Assembly: GCA_963827755.1 (NCBI GenBank) | Contig: CAWHCQ010000004.1 | Span: 110,109 to 174,108 of the forward strand | From: an uncultured Gammaproteobacteria bacterium | GTDB lineage: Bacteria > Pseudomonadota > Gammaproteobacteria > UBA9214 | Length of the DNA stretch: 64,000 nt | Reading direction: 5' to 3' | In this document: positions 1 through 10,631 of the stretch, piece after piece | Layout: each line of letters begins with the position of its first letter | Numbering within the stretch: position 1 is the stretch's first letter | Position numbers and translations under genes: made by a program | Notes under the pieces: model-generated | The model's database searches: none | Told to the model about the DNA's origin: nothing | Seen by the model: the letters and a program-made list of their open reading frames with translations, nothing else

Positions 1-231
1 GGAAACAGGATCATTAATATCCCGTCTGCAAAACTGAAGACCCGCGAAGAGCATGTGAAGATTATTGACTGCATACAGGATGGCGAGAAGCTCACCATTT
101 ACGCAGGCAAGAAGCACAAGACCATGAAGGCGGACGAGGTCGATGAATTTGCCGGTGAGCGCGGCCGGCGAGGGCGCAAACTGGCGCGCGGCTATCAGAA
201 GGTGGACCGGGTAGAGGTAATCAGGCGCTAG
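1..231 (+). CDS. parC: DNA topoisomerase IV subunit A, C-terminal end (partial)
   Basis: Frame 1 reads GNRIINIPSAKLKTREE...GERGRRGRKLARGYQKVDRVEVIRR*, matching the ParC C-terminus (GNKIINIP...GERGRRG...RG.Q..DRVE). Confidence 0.88.
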   Translation, partial: GNRIINIPSAKLKTREEHVKIIDCIQDGEKLTIYAGKKHKTMKADEVDEFAGERGRRGRKLARGYQKVDRVEVIRR

Positions 232-296
232 GCCGGGGAGGGCCCTGAAGTTCGCCTGGCCCGGCATTGGCCCGCCAGCTGTCTTGCGTGCTCGAT

Positions 297-1851
297 TTAA
301 CTATAAATATCAGCTGGTTGAGGGTTGAAAAAATTCTGCCCCATGATCTCGAGCGCCTGTTCAAACTGCTTGTCTACGATTGCCTGGTAGTCGGCCGTCA
401 GGGCTTCCAGCAGGTAGGTGGAGACGTACTCGCTGATACCCCGTAACTGGATCGACTGGTATTCACCGGCAACTATGCGGTCCCTGACACCGTCATGCAT
501 GTACATCTCGCGTGACATGACAATTTGACCGCCATTTGTTATGCCACAAAGCCTGGATGCCATGTTTACCGCGTCACCGACAACTGTATATTCCATACGT
601 GTTTCCGAGCCCATATTGCCGGCCAGCATGAACCCTGTATTCATTCCAATCTTGAACTTGACGGGAAACTCGCCGCGCATTTCTCTTTCCTTGCTCTCAT
701 GCATGATGAGTTTCTGGGCGAGCAACGCGCAGATTATGGCATGGAAGACATGATCCTTGTCCGTTTCCGGTGCACCGAAAACCAGCATCACACCATCTCC
801 CATGTATTTATCAACTGTGCCGTAGTTGATCTCACAGGCGCATGTAATAAGGGAAAAATACTTGTTGAGCATGCTCACCAGGGACTGCGGATCGGTTTTT
901 TCGGCAATTTCCGTAAACCCGGCGATGTCGGCAAACAGTACAGTGCCTTCAATCTTTTTACTGCCAAGTTCAACAGTGCTCAGGTTGGACAGTATCTGGC
1001 GGGCAACGCCTGGTGAAACATAACGCGACAGGGCATTCTTGACCTGTGATTTTTCCAGCATGCCTGCCGCCATCTCGTTAAAGGAATTCATCAGCAGGCC
1101 AAGTTCATCATGTCGCCGTTCTGTGAATCTGAATGAGTACTCGCCTTTTCCCAGCGCGCGACTTGCATCGACCAGTTCATTGATAGGCATGCTGAGATGC
1201 TGTCCGAGTGCAAATGCCATTCCGATGCCAAGGGCAATTACCAGCAAGGTGGCAGCCGTAATTGCCTGCACCGACCTGCGTACAGAGTCTTTCATGCCGG
1301 ACTGGCTGAGGGTTACCAGTGCGTAACCTGCCGTAATACCCTGGAATGTAACCGGCTGGGTGAATGAAATAACCGCATGGGTCTTCCCGGATGCCGTTTC
1401 CCAGTCCCATATGTATGAGTTCGCAGCGCCCCGGGCGAGCTGTTCCAGCAGGGCAATATCGCCTGTATGTGCCGTCCCCGCCTGTGCAATAACCTCTCCC
1501 TGCAACGTAATAATGGCCGTGGCCAGCACGCTCTTGCCATTCGTGAAGCTTTCCGTAATGGTTACAAGCGCATGCTCTGTCATCCGCCAGCAGGGGTTCC
1601 CTGCTGGATTGCGCCATCAGGCCTGCCAGGGTGGCGCCCTGTTCGTTGATTTGCTGCAGCAGTACCCGGGTCTGTTGCTGGATCAGAATAACCCCGAGTA
1701 ACAGCATGCAGCCCACGACCAGCACTGTGATAAAGAATGACAGTTTGTAGGCCAGCGGGATGCGCTGCGTCGTGATGCGCAGTTTCCGCGCCAGCCTCAT
1801 AATACCGGTGCCCGTGGCGGCTTCATGATTTCCGGTTGCTGCCTTGTTCAT
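297..1851 (-). CDS. Membrane class III adenylate/guanylate cyclase with HAMP domain, broken by a frameshift near 1580
   Basis: The N-terminal TM segment lies in ORF 1177-1851 (to ...EPLLADD). The rest lies in 297-1583: second TM, HAMP, VLFADIAGFT, DKYMGDG, YTVVGDAVNMASRL. One extra base separates the frames. Confidence 0.8.
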
Positions 1852-1940
1852 CTGCCGGTCCCGGCTGCACCTGTCGCGGGCGACGGGACGTATGTGTACA
1901 ATGCCTGCTGTTTTCCGTGGTTACAGCCTGAGGAATATTC

Positions 1941-3158
1941 ATGACCCTGATTCGTCCCTTTGCCGGTTTGCGGCCAGCCGCAGGTCGGGCCGAAGAGGTG
2001 GTTGCGCCGCCTTACGATGTGCTCAGCAGTGACGAGGCCCGGCTGCGTGCCAGGGGTCGCCCCTGGAGTTTTCTGCATATATCCAAACCCGAGATTGACC
2101 TGCCCGTGGGTACTGACCCGCACGCCGCAGAGGTCTATAAAATGGCTGCCGAAAACCTGCAGCGGATGTTGCAGGCAGGTGTGCTCGTTCGGGATGAGAG
2201 GCCGTTTTATTACGTTTATCGCCTGGTCATGGGCAAGCACAGCCAGCTCGGACTTGTAGCCGTGGCTTCCGTGGCTGATTACAACTCGAATCGTATTCGC
2301 AAGCATGAATTTACGCGGCCGGACAAGGAAGATGACCGGGTGCGGCAGATCGATGCCTTGCATGCACAGACGGGGCCGGTCCTGCTGGCCTGTAAATCCG
2401 ACCCGGCCATCGATGCCATGCTCGCCGGGGTTGCACGCGGCCGGCCGGATGTCGATCTCGTTGCGGATGATGGCATCGGTCATACGATTTGGGTCGTCAG
2501 GGATGCGGCCCTGATCGATAAAATTACCGCTGGTTTTAACGCGATGGATGCGTTGTATATAGCCGACGGACACCACCGTTCGGCAGCTGCGTCCAGGGTG
2601 GCTGCCAGTCATGGCGAGCTTGAGTCGGCCGGGTATTTTCTGACCGTGATTTTCCCGCACAGGCAGATGCAGATCCTTGACTACAATCGCGTTGTCAGGG
2701 ACCTGGGTGGTATGAGCGCTGAAGAATTCCTCGCACGTGTTGTCGAGTCCTTCTCGGTAACTCCGATCGAGGCGGCGGTGCGTCCCGATGGGCCGGGAAC
2801 GTTCGGTATGTACCTTGCCGGTCAGTGGTACCGGCTGGAAATTCATGCGGACTGCATTCCGAATGATCCGGTCGGCAGGCTGGATGTCAGTTTGCTTGCC
2901 AACAGGCTGCTGGCACCGGTACTCGGGATAGAAGATCCCCGGCGGGATACCCGGATTGATTTCGTCGGCGGTATTCGCGGACTTGCCGAGCTGGAGAGGC
3001 GTGTTGACAGCGGTGAAATGAAAGTCGCTTTTTCCATGTATCCAACCGGCATGGAAGACCTGATGGCAGTTGCCGATGCCGGCGAGGTTATGCCTCCGAA
3101 ATCGACCTGGTTTGAACCAAAACTGGCCGACGGCCTGGTTTCTCACGTGCTTGATTGA
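1941..3158 (+). CDS. DUF1015 family protein
   Basis: APPYDV, IRKHEFTR, YIADGHHR and MPPKSTWFEPKL motifs; RBS gagga. Confidence 0.9.
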   Translation: MTLIRPFAGLRPAAGRAEEVVAPPYDVLSSDEARLRARGRPWSFLHISKPEIDLPVGTDPHAAEVYKMAAENLQRMLQAGVLVRDERPFYYVYRLVMGKHSQLGLVAVASVADYNSNRIRKHEFTRPDKEDDRVRQIDALHAQTGPVLLACKSDPAIDAMLAGVARGRPDVDLVADDGIGHTIWVVRDAALIDKITAGFNAMDALYIADGHHRSAAASRVAASHGELESAGYFLTVIFPHRQMQILDYNRVVRDLGGMSAEEFLARVVESFSVTPIEAAVRPDGPGTFGMYLAGQWYRLEIHADCIPNDPVGRLDVSLLANRLLAPVLGIEDPRRDTRIDFVGGIRGLAELERRVDSGEMKVAFSMYPTGMEDLMAVADAGEVMPPKSTWFEPKLADGLVSHVLD

Positions 3159-3252
3159 GCGACTTTGCCGGCCATCATGTGCTTGTTCGATTATGCAGAA
3201 ACTTGCCGGCCTTGCTTTTGGCCGGGCCTATGGATGCCGTGTTCATGAAAGC

Positions 3253-5352
3253 TCAGGCGAGCTCACCTTCAAAGTCATAATCAAGTACCCGGCTGGGTGC
3301 CTGGATAAAATTTCCCTGGATCATATCGACACCGTTCTGCCAGAGTACTGCCAGGTCTCCAGGATTATCGATACGTTCGGCAATGCATACCGTACCGAGA
3401 TTATGGGCGAGCTTCACAAGTGCCCTGACGCGGGACTGTTGTTCCTTGTTGCTGGCCAGGTTCTCGGTCAGGCTGCCGTCGATTTTCAGAATATCCGCAG
3501 GTACATGTTTTAACAGCAGAGGCTGCTTGCTTAAACCGAAGTGTTCGAGTGCCACCCTGCACTGCAGCTTTTTCATCGCCTTGACGAAGGTGATGGCGCT
3601 CTTCAGATCGTTGGCTGCATCAAGTTCCTTCACTTCAAACACGACAGAACTGTGAGAAAGTCTGTATTCCTTCAGCTTGTCGTTTATCCATGCCGGCAAC
3701 TTCGTGTCGGCGAGAACTGACCTTGAAAGCTTTAGATAAACCGTAATATCGTCGCCATTTTCGCGAAGCTCGACAATGGTCCTGAACGCGGCCTCGAAAA
3801 CCCAGTAATCAATTTCACGGCTCAGGCCCGACTTCTCGGCAAGTTCGATAAACTGGCCGGGCAGTATGGTATGACCTTCTTCGTCAACAATTCTAAGCAG
3901 GGCTTCATAGCATTTACTGGTATCACCCGCCAGGCTGATGATGGGCTGATATGCCAGGTAGAAGCGTTGCTCATCGATGGTATTTCTGATGACCTTATCC
4001 CATTCCTCTTCATGGCCCTGGGACACCTGTTCATCAATAACGGCGCTGTGTGTGTGAATCCGGTTGCCGCCGGATGAACGGGCGACTTCACATGCCGTAT
4101 CAGCATGGCTGAGTATTTTCTGCGCGTCAGTCGTATGTTCTGTAACTGCGCAGATACCGATACTGCAGCTCAACGTTATGGACCGTCCGTCAGTTTCCGA
4201 TATGTGCGCGGAGATATGGCGCAGCAGCTTTTCCGCCTTTGCCTGGACATTCTCGCTGCTGCTGGCGTGATGCAGTATGGTGAAGCTGTAGTCTCCAAAG
4301 CGGGCGATACTGTCCTGGGTGTTACACTGTTTTTCCAGTAGCCTGGCAATCTCGCAGAGCACCGTATCGCTTGCAGCAATGCCGTTTTCCTCGCGAACCT
4401 CCTTGAATCCATCAAGTGTAATGTAGATGAGTGCACGTGCCTCTTCCCCGTCTTTCTCTGCTTGTGTTACCTCTTCACCAAGCAGATTCATGAAGTGCTG
4501 GCGGTTATATAACCCGGTCAGGGTGTCCAGGTGCGCCATTGATTCCATATTTTCATCCAGGTCAGCCTTGCCGGTGCGGATGACGATTTGCGTACAGGGT
4601 TTTCCGTCGATGCTTGCCGGCGCGAATTCCAGGGTTCTGTCGAAGGCTGTGTGGTCATGATTGACACACTTGATCCTGAGCATGCTGTCACTGCTGCTGC
4701 CAGCCTGAAATTTGCGCAGAAACTCATTGAACGTGTCGCGCTGCTCCGCGCAGATCATGTCGACTACCGGCATTGCCTCGATTTCTTTACGATTTTCGAT
4801 TCCGAACAGATCCATCCAGGACTGGTTGACAAAACAGAGCATACCTTCGTCCATACAGGCAACGGCATCAGTGGAACGTTCGCTGAGGGAATTGCAGCGG
4901 TTTTCGCAATTGTCAAGGGCTGCTTCAAGGTCAGCCACCCTTTGCTGAAGCTTCAGCAGCGTTAGTACCTGCGAGAACGCCAACTCAAGGTGACCGGGCT
5001 GGTTGGAGGAGACCAGCGCCGAGATCCCGGATTTTCCGGCAGCGACTACCGCTGCCTCGGGAGCCTCCCCGGCGACGGCAATAAGCGGTGGTGAAAGTTT
5101 GTGTTGTGCAAGGATGCCCTGAACGGTTTCTGTGCTGATGACGCCTTCACCTTTTCCGCAGAGTACGATATCAGGCACCTGTTCAAGCAGGGCGGTCTCG
5201 AATATCTGCGCATCACGTGCATAGCCAAAGCGTAAATGATGTCCGCCCTCGCGGAGGATATTTGCCAGGCTCTCCGCGTCTTTTTCGCTTTTCTCCACAA
5301 TGAGTAGACGAAGATTATCTACATTTTCCACAATAGACCTCGCTTTGATCAA
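3253..5352 (-). CDS. fimX: FimX-like REC-PAS-GGDEF-EAL protein (degenerate catalytic sites, likely c-di-GMP receptor)
   Basis: Pseudo-receiver N-terminus, PAS, DTLTGLYNR with GDYSF in place of GGDEF, YEALLR with EHFG in place of DDFG. Confidence 0.7.
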   Translation of the reverse strand: MIKARSIVENVDNLRLLIVEKSEKDAESLANILREGGHHLRFGYARDAQIFETALLEQVPDIVLCGKGEGVISTETVQGILAQHKLSPPLIAVAGEAPEAAVVAAGKSGISALVSSNQPGHLELAFSQVLTLLKLQQRVADLEAALDNCENRCNSLSERSTDAVACMDEGMLCFVNQSWMDLFGIENRKEIEAMPVVDMICAEQRDTFNEFLRKFQAGSSSDSMLRIKCVNHDHTAFDRTLEFAPASIDGKPCTQIVIRTGKADLDENMESMAHLDTLTGLYNRQHFMNLLGEEVTQAEKDGEEARALIYITLDGFKEVREENGIAASDTVLCEIARLLEKQCNTQDSIARFGDYSFTILHHASSSENVQAKAEKLLRHISAHISETDGRSITLSCSIGICAVTEHTTDAQKILSHADTACEVARSSGGNRIHTHSAVIDEQVSQGHEEEWDKVIRNTIDEQRFYLAYQPIISLAGDTSKCYEALLRIVDEEGHTILPGQFIELAEKSGLSREIDYWVFEAAFRTIVELRENGDDITVYLKLSRSVLADTKLPAWINDKLKEYRLSHSSVVFEVKELDAANDLKSAITFVKAMKKLQCRVALEHFGLSKQPLLLKHVPADILKIDGSLTENLASNKEQQSRVRALVKLAHNLGTVCIAERIDNPGDLAVLWQNGVDMIQGNFIQAPSRVLDYDFEGELA

Positions 5353-5613
5353 AAACAGGCATCAAGCCCCCGGGCACCGGGCATAATGGAACTTCCACGA
5401 ATCAGGGTACCGACTCTCTTTTTTTCGGCATTTCAGGCCAGGTCTTGAGTACTCCCTGTATATAGCGGGCTGCGCCGGGCAAGGCGGATTGGCTGTGATT
5501 CAGGTATTTCCTGTTCAGCCGTTTCCTGATAGCATGCAAGTGTCTGAAAAATGGGCATTTAGAGTACAGTTCTGTACTCAAGTTGCCGGCAACCGCTGAA
5601 CCTGGAGATACGT

Positions 5614-6135
5614 ATGCATTCGATTACAGTCAGGCCCGAGACGCCGGAAGATATCCGCGCGATTGATGTTGTACATATCAGCGCTTTTGGGGGGGAGGCC
5701 GAGGCCCAGTTGGTCAGTGTTTTGAGGGGCTCGGCGACCTACAACCGGGAGCTTTCGCTGGTTGCCGAGCTTGGCGGAAGAATCGTCGGCCATATCCTCC
5801 TCACCAGGGTGCCGCTGCGCAACCAGGGCAAGGAAAAAAATGTGCTCGCGCTGGGGCCGATGTCGGTGGTTCCTTCACAGAGCCATCGCGGCATCGGCTC
5901 TGAACTGATCCAGGCGGCTATAAAACTTGCAGAAGAAAAAGGCTATGGCGCGATTGTGGTTCTCGGGCACCCGGAATACTACAAGCGGTTCGGTTTCACG
6001 AATGCGAAGGATGCACAGGTAAGCTGTAATCTGCCCGCACCCGAAGATGCCTTGACGGTCATGGAGATCGTTGCGGGAAACCTGGCCGGTGGTGGCCACG
6101 TGGAATACCCGGAACCCTTCCTTGCGCTTTATTGA
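5614..6135 (+). CDS. GNAT N-acetyltransferase (YhbS-like)
   Basis: HRGIGSELI acetyl-CoA motif; VVLGHPEYYKRFGF. Confidence 0.88.
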   Translation: MHSITVRPETPEDIRAIDVVHISAFGGEAEAQLVSVLRGSATYNRELSLVAELGGRIVGHILLTRVPLRNQGKEKNVLALGPMSVVPSQSHRGIGSELIQAAIKLAEEKGYGAIVVLGHPEYYKRFGFTNAKDAQVSCNLPAPEDALTVMEIVAGNLAGGGHVEYPEPFLALY

Positions 6136-6197
6136 CTGCAGGTCTGCCTGGTATTTCCACTGTTCGTACCTGCCTGCCCGGTTCGATATATCCGGGC

Positions 6198-7850
6198 TTA
6201 TGTAGCCTTTGCCCTGGTAAAATGATACTGGCCGAATATGCCGGTATTTTCCAGTTGTTGGGTGAGAATGATGGTTTCCTTGCGGCCCTCGTATTCCAGT
6301 GTGGAAATACAGCCGACACGAAAGGGCAGGGACGGGAGCACCAGGCTGGCGGCCTGGTTAAGTGATTTCAGCTCCGGCAGCAAAATACCTTTCATCCTGA
6401 TAGTGGTGCTTATGTCATCCCTGCATATACGGGTCCACACCGGGCGTGCCCCGGGCGACAGCATCTGCAGACCCAGCTCCAGCCCGCGTTCCCTGGTAAA
6501 TTTTATCCTGCGGATTACACCAAGGTGCCAGTCCTGTGCGCCGTTATCCGCGGGAAACCTGACAGCGACAAGTTCTCCAACCCTGGCAGTGGTAGGGTCT
6601 GTACTGTCACAAAGCAGGCAGTAACCCCCGGCACTCATGTCTGCTATTTTCCATTCCTCGACCTGTAAGGGTGCAGCTTTACTGTGCGGGGAATCAGTCT
6701 TGCCGGTAATGTTGCCGCCCATGTCCTTGAAGGGAAGGGTCCTGAAGCTGGTGGTGTTTTCGAAAGTGGGATCCTGCAGGTCCTGACTTTCATCTTTTTC
6801 CTTTACTGTTACAGGCTGCTGAAAGAGGGCTTCGGTAGCCGACTCTTCCGCCAGCCGGTGTATGGAATCGAGCCCGACAATCAGGTTTACGGGGGTGACG
6901 GCCTGGTGACGGGAGAATCTGCGTTTCGGCATCACTCCCCAGGCAAGCATCAGTCGCCTCAGGGTTTCCTTGTCGCCGATACCGGTGTGTACTCCGCTGG
7001 CACCGCTATCTTCGGCCACGCGGGCGCGCAGGATGCCTGCCATCTTTGAAGTGTCCAGTATGCGCCAGTAGTCATTTACCTGGTTGTCGCTGTTGAGTGC
7101 CCGGTAGGATGGCGGGTCGTCAGAGAGCAGGTTGATTGCAAACAGTCCGTCGTCCTTGCTGCTGGTAACGGATGACAGGCGTGTTGCAACGGCCCATTCA
7201 AGCAGTTCACTGTATATATGCTGTATTTCTTTTTGCCGCAAGCGATAGGGGTTTGCCAGCGATAACAGCAGGATTTGTTTGTACACCGTCTCGATTGTGC
7301 TCCTGGCGGATGAGGGTAAGGTCGTGTCGGTAACGATTTTTGATGCGACGCCTTCCTTCTCGGCAGCCGTGTAGAGCGTGTGGATGCTTTTCCAGAGTCC
7401 TGCCGGGTACTGCAGGTAAATCTGATAATTGGTCAGCAGGCATTCACTTGAGTAACGTATTGCACGATGGATGGCTGTTGCCAGTTGCTGCTTTTTGCCG
7501 GACATGCGTCCCAGGTCGGCGGCCATGATTTTATAAGCGGTTGCCATCCGGTTATAGAGTTCAAGACACTGCCTGGCCCTGGCCAGGTGCTTGTTAAGGA
7601 GCGGAACATGTTTGCCGAGAATTTTATTTTTTAATGCTTCGGTGACGCAGAGCACAGGTATGGATAACAGCTCCATGGCCGCATACCTGTCCGTTGGACT
7701 GATATCCAGTGTATTAATCTCTTCGAGAGCCTGATCGAGTAATTCCTGTGACTTGCCGGTATTGATTATCGGCAGATCTTCAATCCATTGCTTGACGGCT
7801 GCCGGGTTTGTGTCGAAGTCGTTTTCCCCGGGTTTTTTTCGCTTTGGCAA
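6198..7850 (-). CDS. FimW-like c-di-GMP receptor with C-terminal PilZ-like domain
   Basis: LANPYRL, RRFSR (RxxxR), DMSAGG (DxSxxG), GLELGLQMLSP. TTG start at 7850 behind RBS GAGGGAGGA. Confidence 0.65.
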   Translation of the reverse strand: MPKRKKPGENDFDTNPAAVKQWIEDLPIINTGKSQELLDQALEEINTLDISPTDRYAAMELLSIPVLCVTEALKNKILGKHVPLLNKHLARARQCLELYNRMATAYKIMAADLGRMSGKKQQLATAIHRAIRYSSECLLTNYQIYLQYPAGLWKSIHTLYTAAEKEGVASKIVTDTTLPSSARSTIETVYKQILLLSLANPYRLRQKEIQHIYSELLEWAVATRLSSVTSSKDDGLFAINLLSDDPPSYRALNSDNQVNDYWRILDTSKMAGILRARVAEDSGASGVHTGIGDKETLRRLMLAWGVMPKRRFSRHQAVTPVNLIVGLDSIHRLAEESATEALFQQPVTVKEKDESQDLQDPTFENTTSFRTLPFKDMGGNITGKTDSPHSKAAPLQVEEWKIADMSAGGYCLLCDSTDPTTARVGELVAVRFPADNGAQDWHLGVIRRIKFTRERGLELGLQMLSPGARPVWTRICRDDISTTIRMKGILLPELKSLNQAASLVLPSLPFRVGCISTLEYEGRKETIILTQQLENTGIFGQYHFTRAKAT

Positions 7851-7925
7851 CTTATGTCCTCCCTCGTGATCTGCGCTGCGTGCCCGGGTAAACCGGCGTG
7901 TTGCGCAAACGTGCAATAGCGATTT

Positions 7926-8975
7926 TCAGCTATTATATGCAAGCCGTGGTTCGATGTCAGGAACTGCGCCGGGGTAGATCGGTTTCTTGCCCGGCTCACC
8001 CGCCAGCTCCCGTACCAGCCGTGGAACAAGGTAGCCGGGCAGCGAGCGGTGCACCTCGTCCATCAGGGCAATTGCCGTTGCATCATCGACCTCGAAGTGG
8101 GCGGCGCCCTGCACCCTGTCCAGTTGATGCAGGTAGTAAGGCAGCACCCCGGCAGAGAACAGGGCTTCGCTCAGGCGAATCAGTGTTGCGGCGCTATCGT
8201 TGACGCCGCGCAGCAGCACGGACTGATTCAACAGGGTCACGCCGGCCAGTTTGAGGCGGCCCATTGCCTTGCTGACGTTTGCGTCAATTTCATTTGGATG
8301 GTTGCAGTGTACGACCATGACAATGTGCAGTTTCTGTGCGTCAACCCAGGAGAGGAAACCCTCGTCAATCCGTTCCGGCAGGACGATGGGCAGGCGGGTA
8401 TGGATACGCAGGGTGTGTAACCGGGGTAATTCAGCGAGGCGGATGCCGAGGGTGTGCAGTCGTGAATCCGGCAGTGACAACGGGTCGCCGCCGCTGAGGA
8501 TGATTTCCCTGATGTCCGGGTTCCGCCCCAGCCAGTTGATCGACTGTTCCCAGTCATCTACCGCCGGGTTGGCCTCGTTGTAGGGAAAGTGGCGGCGGAA
8601 ACAATAGCGGCAGTGTACGGCGCATGCACCCGTGGTCGTCAGCAATGCGCGACCCCTGTATTTCTGCAGCAGCCCGGGCACCTGCATGGCCTGTTGTTCG
8701 GCAAGCGGGTCAGGCAGGTAGTTGTCGCATTGCTGCATTTCGTCCTGCAGAGGCAACACCTGCCGCAGCAGCGGGTCATTGATATCGCCCCTGGTCATGC
8801 GCTTGATGAAGCCGCGCGGTACCCGTAGCGGAAAATTGCTGTCAAGTGGTAGTATGTTCATGGCTGCCGGGTCGATTTCCAGCAGACGCAGCAGTTCATC
8901 GGTCGACTTCACGGCCGCGGCCAGCAGCGATTGCCAGGTGGCCCTGTATTCCGCATTCGGTAATCCGGGTATCAT
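7926..8975 (-). CDS. epmB: EF-P beta-lysylation protein EpmB (lysine 2,3-aminomutase family radical SAM)
   Basis: CAVHCRYCFRRHFPY, ILSGGDPL, NQSVLLRGVND; divergent from efp. Confidence 0.95.
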   Translation of the reverse strand: MIPGLPNAEYRATWQSLLAAAVKSTDELLRLLEIDPAAMNILPLDSNFPLRVPRGFIKRMTRGDINDPLLRQVLPLQDEMQQCDNYLPDPLAEQQAMQVPGLLQKYRGRALLTTTGACAVHCRYCFRRHFPYNEANPAVDDWEQSINWLGRNPDIREIILSGGDPLSLPDSRLHTLGIRLAELPRLHTLRIHTRLPIVLPERIDEGFLSWVDAQKLHIVMVVHCNHPNEIDANVSKAMGRLKLAGVTLLNQSVLLRGVNDSAATLIRLSEALFSAGVLPYYLHQLDRVQGAAHFEVDDATAIALMDEVHRSLPGYLVPRLVRELAGEPGKKPIYPGAVPDIEPRLAYNS

Positions 8976-9020
8976 GGCGGGCGTTTTCCTGCTGTTTCAG
9001 CGACACAAGGTTAAAGACAT

Positions 9021-9590
9021 ATGGCATCTTACAGCACCAATGAGTTCAAGGGTGGCCTGAAAATCATGATTGATAATGATCCCTGCGCCATCATTGAAAA
9101 CGAATTTGTAAAGCCCGGCAAGGGTCAGGCCTTTAACCGGGTCAAGATCCGCAACCTGAGAAGCGGCCGGGTGATAGAGCGCACCTACAAGTCGGGCGAG
9201 ACGGTCGAGGCCGCCGATGTCATGGATGTTGTGCTGCAGTATCTCTACTCGGACGGCGAATTCTGGCATTTTATGGATACCGAGACCTTCGAGCAGAAGG
9301 CGGCGGATTCAACGGCAGTCGGTGATGCCGTGAAATGGCTGAAAGAACAGGATATGTGCGAGGTGACCTTGTGGAACGGTACGCCACTGGTGATTACTCC
9401 GCCCAACTTTGTCATGTTGACGGTTGCCGAAACCGATCCGGGCGTGCGCGGTGATACTTCCGGCGGTGGCGGCAAGCCGGCAACACTGGAAACCGGGGCC
9501 GTGGTGCGCGTGCCGCTGTTTATTAATATTGGCGAGACGCTGAAAATCGATACCCGCACCGGGGAGTATGTCGGGCGGGCAAAAGAGTAA
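9021..9590 (+). CDS. efp: Elongation factor P
   Basis: VKPGKGQAF loop (modifiable Lys); KPATLETG...VPLFI. Confidence 0.98.
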   Translation: MASYSTNEFKGGLKIMIDNDPCAIIENEFVKPGKGQAFNRVKIRNLRSGRVIERTYKSGETVEAADVMDVVLQYLYSDGEFWHFMDTETFEQKAADSTAVGDAVKWLKEQDMCEVTLWNGTPLVITPPNFVMLTVAETDPGVRGDTSGGGGKPATLETGAVVRVPLFINIGETLKIDTRTGEYVGRAKE

Positions 9591-9591
9591 C

Positions 9592-10581
9592 TTGCCGACT
9601 GACGATTCATGGAGGCCGGCGGCCTCGCTCGAGAACATCAGGCTCAGGGCACTGTTGCTTGCCCGTATCAGGCGCTTTTTTGCAGAGCGCGACATCCTCG
9701 AAGTCGATACGCCGGCACTTTCCCGCGCCGCGACCACGGATCCTTCCCTGGCAAGCTTCAAGACCCGTTTCCATGGTCCCGGGCCGGCCTCCGCTGATAC
9801 CTTCTACCTGCATACCTCGCCGGAATACCCGATGAAACGATTGCTGGCGGCGGGAGTCGGATCGATTTATCAAATCTGCAAGGTGTTTCGTGACGGCGAA
9901 TCCGGCAAGCGGCATAACCCTGAATTCACCCTTCTGGAGTGGTACCGGACAGGCTTTGACCATTTCGACCTGATGGACGAGGTTGAAAAACTGCTCACCG
10001 GGATTCTCTCCGGCATTGCGCCGGTCGAGTCTGTCTATCACTGGAGTTACCGGGAACTGTTCCTGGAATTTGCCGGTATCGATGTCACCACTGTTACAGA
10101 AGCCGAACTCGGCTCATTGCTGCAATCCGGCTACAACATTGATCCCGTTGGCATGACCGCTGCCGGCCTCGATGCCTGGCTGGACCTGACGATGACGCAC
10201 ATCATCGAACCCCGGCTCGGACCGGGGCTGGTGTTCGTGCGTGATTATCCAGCGAGCCAGGCGGCGCTGGCGCGTCTGCGTCCCGGCACCCCCCCGGTGG
10301 CGGCGCGTTTCGAGGTCTACCTCGATGGCGTGGAACTGGCAAACGGATTTCATGAGCTTGCTGATGCCGGTGAACAGCGCCGCCGGCTCGAACTGGAATC
10401 GAGGCGGCGTGAACTGGCAGGCGCCGATCCTGTCAGGATCGATGAAAATTTTCTCGCCGCGCTTGAAGCCGGGCTGCCGAACTGTGCAGGTGTCGCGCTG
10501 GGCCTGGATCGCCTGCTGATGCTTGCTGCCGGCGCCGACAGCCTGCGTGATGTCATCGCTTTTCCGTTCGAATCGGCCTGA
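9592..10581 (+). CDS. epmA: EF-P lysine aminoacylase EpmA
   Basis: LHTSPEYPMKRLL, HNPEFTLLEWY, ELANGFHEL, GVALGLDRL. TTG start right after the efp stop is assumed. Confidence 0.95.
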   Translation: MPTDDSWRPAASLENIRLRALLLARIRRFFAERDILEVDTPALSRAATTDPSLASFKTRFHGPGPASADTFYLHTSPEYPMKRLLAAGVGSIYQICKVFRDGESGKRHNPEFTLLEWYRTGFDHFDLMDEVEKLLTGILSGIAPVESVYHWSYRELFLEFAGIDVTTVTEAELGSLLQSGYNIDPVGMTAAGLDAWLDLTMTHIIEPRLGPGLVFVRDYPASQAALARLRPGTPPVAARFEVYLDGVELANGFHELADAGEQRRRLELESRRRELAGADPVRIDENFLAALEAGLPNCAGVALGLDRLLMLAAGADSLRDVIAFPFESA

Positions 10582-10631
10582 ATCGGCCTGCATGGCTTGT
10601 AACCGGGCGGCGCATCTCCGACACTTCGCAT

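Noticed and set aside
1848-3146. Long antisense ORFs (also 12997-14190, 23246-24577, 33749-34981, 48041-49213)
   Set aside because: Shadow frames of well-supported genes in GC-rich DNA, with no motifs of their own.
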